A stretch of 63,980 bases of DNA, the filler included, from Fonticula-like sp. SCN 57-25 (lineage: Eukaryota), in NCBI GenBank assembly GCA_001724245.1. It is 4 parts of 4 records of this genome, joined end to end, with 100 filler letters (N's around TTAATTAATTAA, not from the genome) between each part and the next. Parts side by side here need not be neighbours in the genome. Positions count along the whole stretch, not along the records: positions 48,346 to 63,980 come from MEDX01000136.1; 3 more parts are not named here. The stretch is one strand, 5' to 3'. The notes below the pieces were generated by a model that saw nothing but the letters and a program-made list of their open reading frames with translations, was not told the origin of the DNA and searched no databases. Positions 61,935 through 63,980 of the stretch are shown piece by piece (within the stretch, counting starts at the first letter, position 1; each line of letters opens with the position of its first letter). Position numbers and translations under genes: made by a program.

Positions 61935-62137
61935 TGACACGTAGAGTGTGTAGGAATAAATGGCCGTATATGAGAAATGCCTAAACGCTTTGCACAAAAG
62001 ATATATTATAAATAACATGATGGTACAGCGGGCAAAGGCCCATAAAAAAGCAACTGAAACAAGGCATGAAACAGAACATATTGATAAAAGCACGGCGATT
62101 GGCGGCGTGCGTTCTACCTGCATGTTTCGCTGCGTGA

Positions 62138-63767
62138 TCAAATGAGCTTCCACTCGACGAGCGAGCGGAGCTCGTCCATGCTGAGCGGCCGCCTGTCGAG
62201 CAATGCGCGGACGCGCGCCACGACCTGCTTGAGCACACCCTGAAAGTCCATGTAGCCGGCGTTCTGCTGCGTGACGGTCTGGTCGAGCAGGTCGAGTGTG
62301 AACATGAAGAGCTCCTCAAACACGTTCTCGTGATCGTGGTAAGACGCGAACGTCAGCGCGGGAGAGTCCCACGCAGTGTCGGACGCGCCCTTGAGGCACA
62401 AATCTGAAAAAGGGGGTCAGAATGCATTGCAAATATACACGTATTGCCCTTAAGCGTCTCATCGCCCCCCACAGACCCTCTTATATCCTCCCTCTCGCAC
62501 CGTCTGTCAAGTTGAACAGCTGGCAAAGCGCGTGTGCGACATTAATTCCCGCGACCGCAAACGGGAACGTACGCCCCCCGTGGCACATATCCCTCGCGCG
62601 CGTCGCGTTCCCCTCTGCGTAGTGCACGAGCAGCTCGAGCCCCAGCAGTCCCATTCCACGAAAGTCCGTCCCGGGGTCGCGGTTCTGAAAGCCGAGCTGC
62701 TTCCACTGCTCGCTCAGCCGCGGCGGGAACGACGAGGACGCCGACGCTGACGCGGACGGCCCCAGCGGAAGCGACGACGACGACGACGAGACGGTCGGCC
62801 CCGCGCCGCGCTGCGAGATGAACAGCGACGACAGCGATGCGTCCTGTGTCAGCGGCGGCGCCGGCGAGCCGGGCGCGCGCTGCGAGCCGTCCTGAGTGTA
62901 CAGAGTGCCTTCATAGGAGGCGCGCGCGCCGCCAGCAAACGCCTCGAGCGAGAGACCCGCGCCGCTCGCGGTGCGCGCGACGGCCGGTCCGCCACCGTCC
63001 GCGTCCAGGGGCGCCGCCTCGGGGAGGACAAGCACTGACCACAGGCGGCGCAGGAGGCGCTCGTGGTGAGGGTTGAAGCGGTCAAAGGGCGCCGAGCGCT
63101 GCTCCTGAAGCTCGGCGAGGCGGCGAACCTGACGAACGCGGTTCAGCTTGAAACGGCGCATGTGGCTGCCAAGAATGTCTAATCAACAGCATAGAGTGAG
63201 CAAGAAAGTGATACAATGGCAACAAGAAACAACAAAAGTGCTGCATGTTGTACATTCCACTGCACGAGTTGCAAACAAAACTCGAGTCTCGTTTTCATTC
63301 TCAGATAGCCACATCCTCTCCCTATTTTCCTTATTCGTACACAGCAACTCTTCCGACTCGGCCAGCGCGACGCTGACCGCTATCCCGCCCTTAAACTCTA
63401 TCGAAAGCGACTTTTCCGCCCTGTGCCCTCCTAATTAGCCGTCGAAACGATAGCAACACAATGCGCACGTTTGCTTCACCTTGACCAGGCTGTCGACGTG
63501 GTACACCGCGACCTGCCGCCTGCTCGGCGCATCACCGGTCAGCACACCAAGACAACCACAAGGCTACAACAAACGCACTTTGTGGCAATGCCTTGCTCTA
63601 TGAGGACATCGTCGATGCGGGCGTCAGCCGCATCGCGCCGCAGAATCAGCTCGTGCAGCAGGATGCGGCCCTCAGGCGACACCTGCAGCATGTGATCAGA
63701 TCCGGCGCGGTACCGAACATGAAAGTCGCCTCCACGAAGTCGTAGAGCATTCAGCTCATGCTGAAGC
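62138..63767 (-). CDS. ELMO-domain (ELMOD) protein, 5' end uncertain or beyond window
   Basis: HERLLRRLW, QWKQLGFQNRDPGTDFRGMGLLGL, FPFAVAGINV, YMDFQGVL. Confidence 0.85.
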
Positions 63768-63980
63768 TATCAAGAAGAAGTATCGTTAGCGCTTGTCGGA
63801 AAGACACAAAAGCACTTGTTGCGATCATGGATGATGCATCGGCATGCACAGAACAAGGGACCACGTTCACCACCACCAAACGCAACACGCCTCAGTGACC
63901 ATCACAACCACAACCATAATAGATATCCACTCACATGCACACGCTTCACACAGACCATCCCGCTAGCCTCTAGCCCACCA

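Overview
This is eukaryotic, gene-dense, GC-rich genomic DNA from an unidentified protist, read with the standard genetic code. Most introns are short (about 45-70 nt) with GT(A/G)CG donors and CTRAC branch points. The window is four unrelated-looking contigs of about 16 kb (1-16095, 16196-32179, 32280-48245, 48346-63980). They are joined by an artificial N44-TTAATTAATTAA-N44 linker, so adjacency across linkers is not biological. About 38 protein genes are recognisable. The mix of fungal-type genes (CHO2, COX9, IRC3, mL60/MRPL31, NUUM, Met3-type sulfurylase) with Ral, MCU plus MICU and a hybrid histidine kinase suggests an opisthokont or close obazoan relative (inference). Highlights: (1) a spliced nuclear gene for a bacterial-type MinE division protein; (2) a shared architecture in all three cytosolic ribosomal-protein genes, with an unusually long first intron folding into a GGAUG/CAUCC hairpin, a 12-mer TCGATCCAAAAT in both RP promoter regions and pyrimidine-tract starts; (3) an acylated GAF-RGS fusion; (4) a three-domain glycosyltransferase; (5) functionally matched head-to-head gene pairs. 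All gene calls come from motif recognition by eye, not from database searches.
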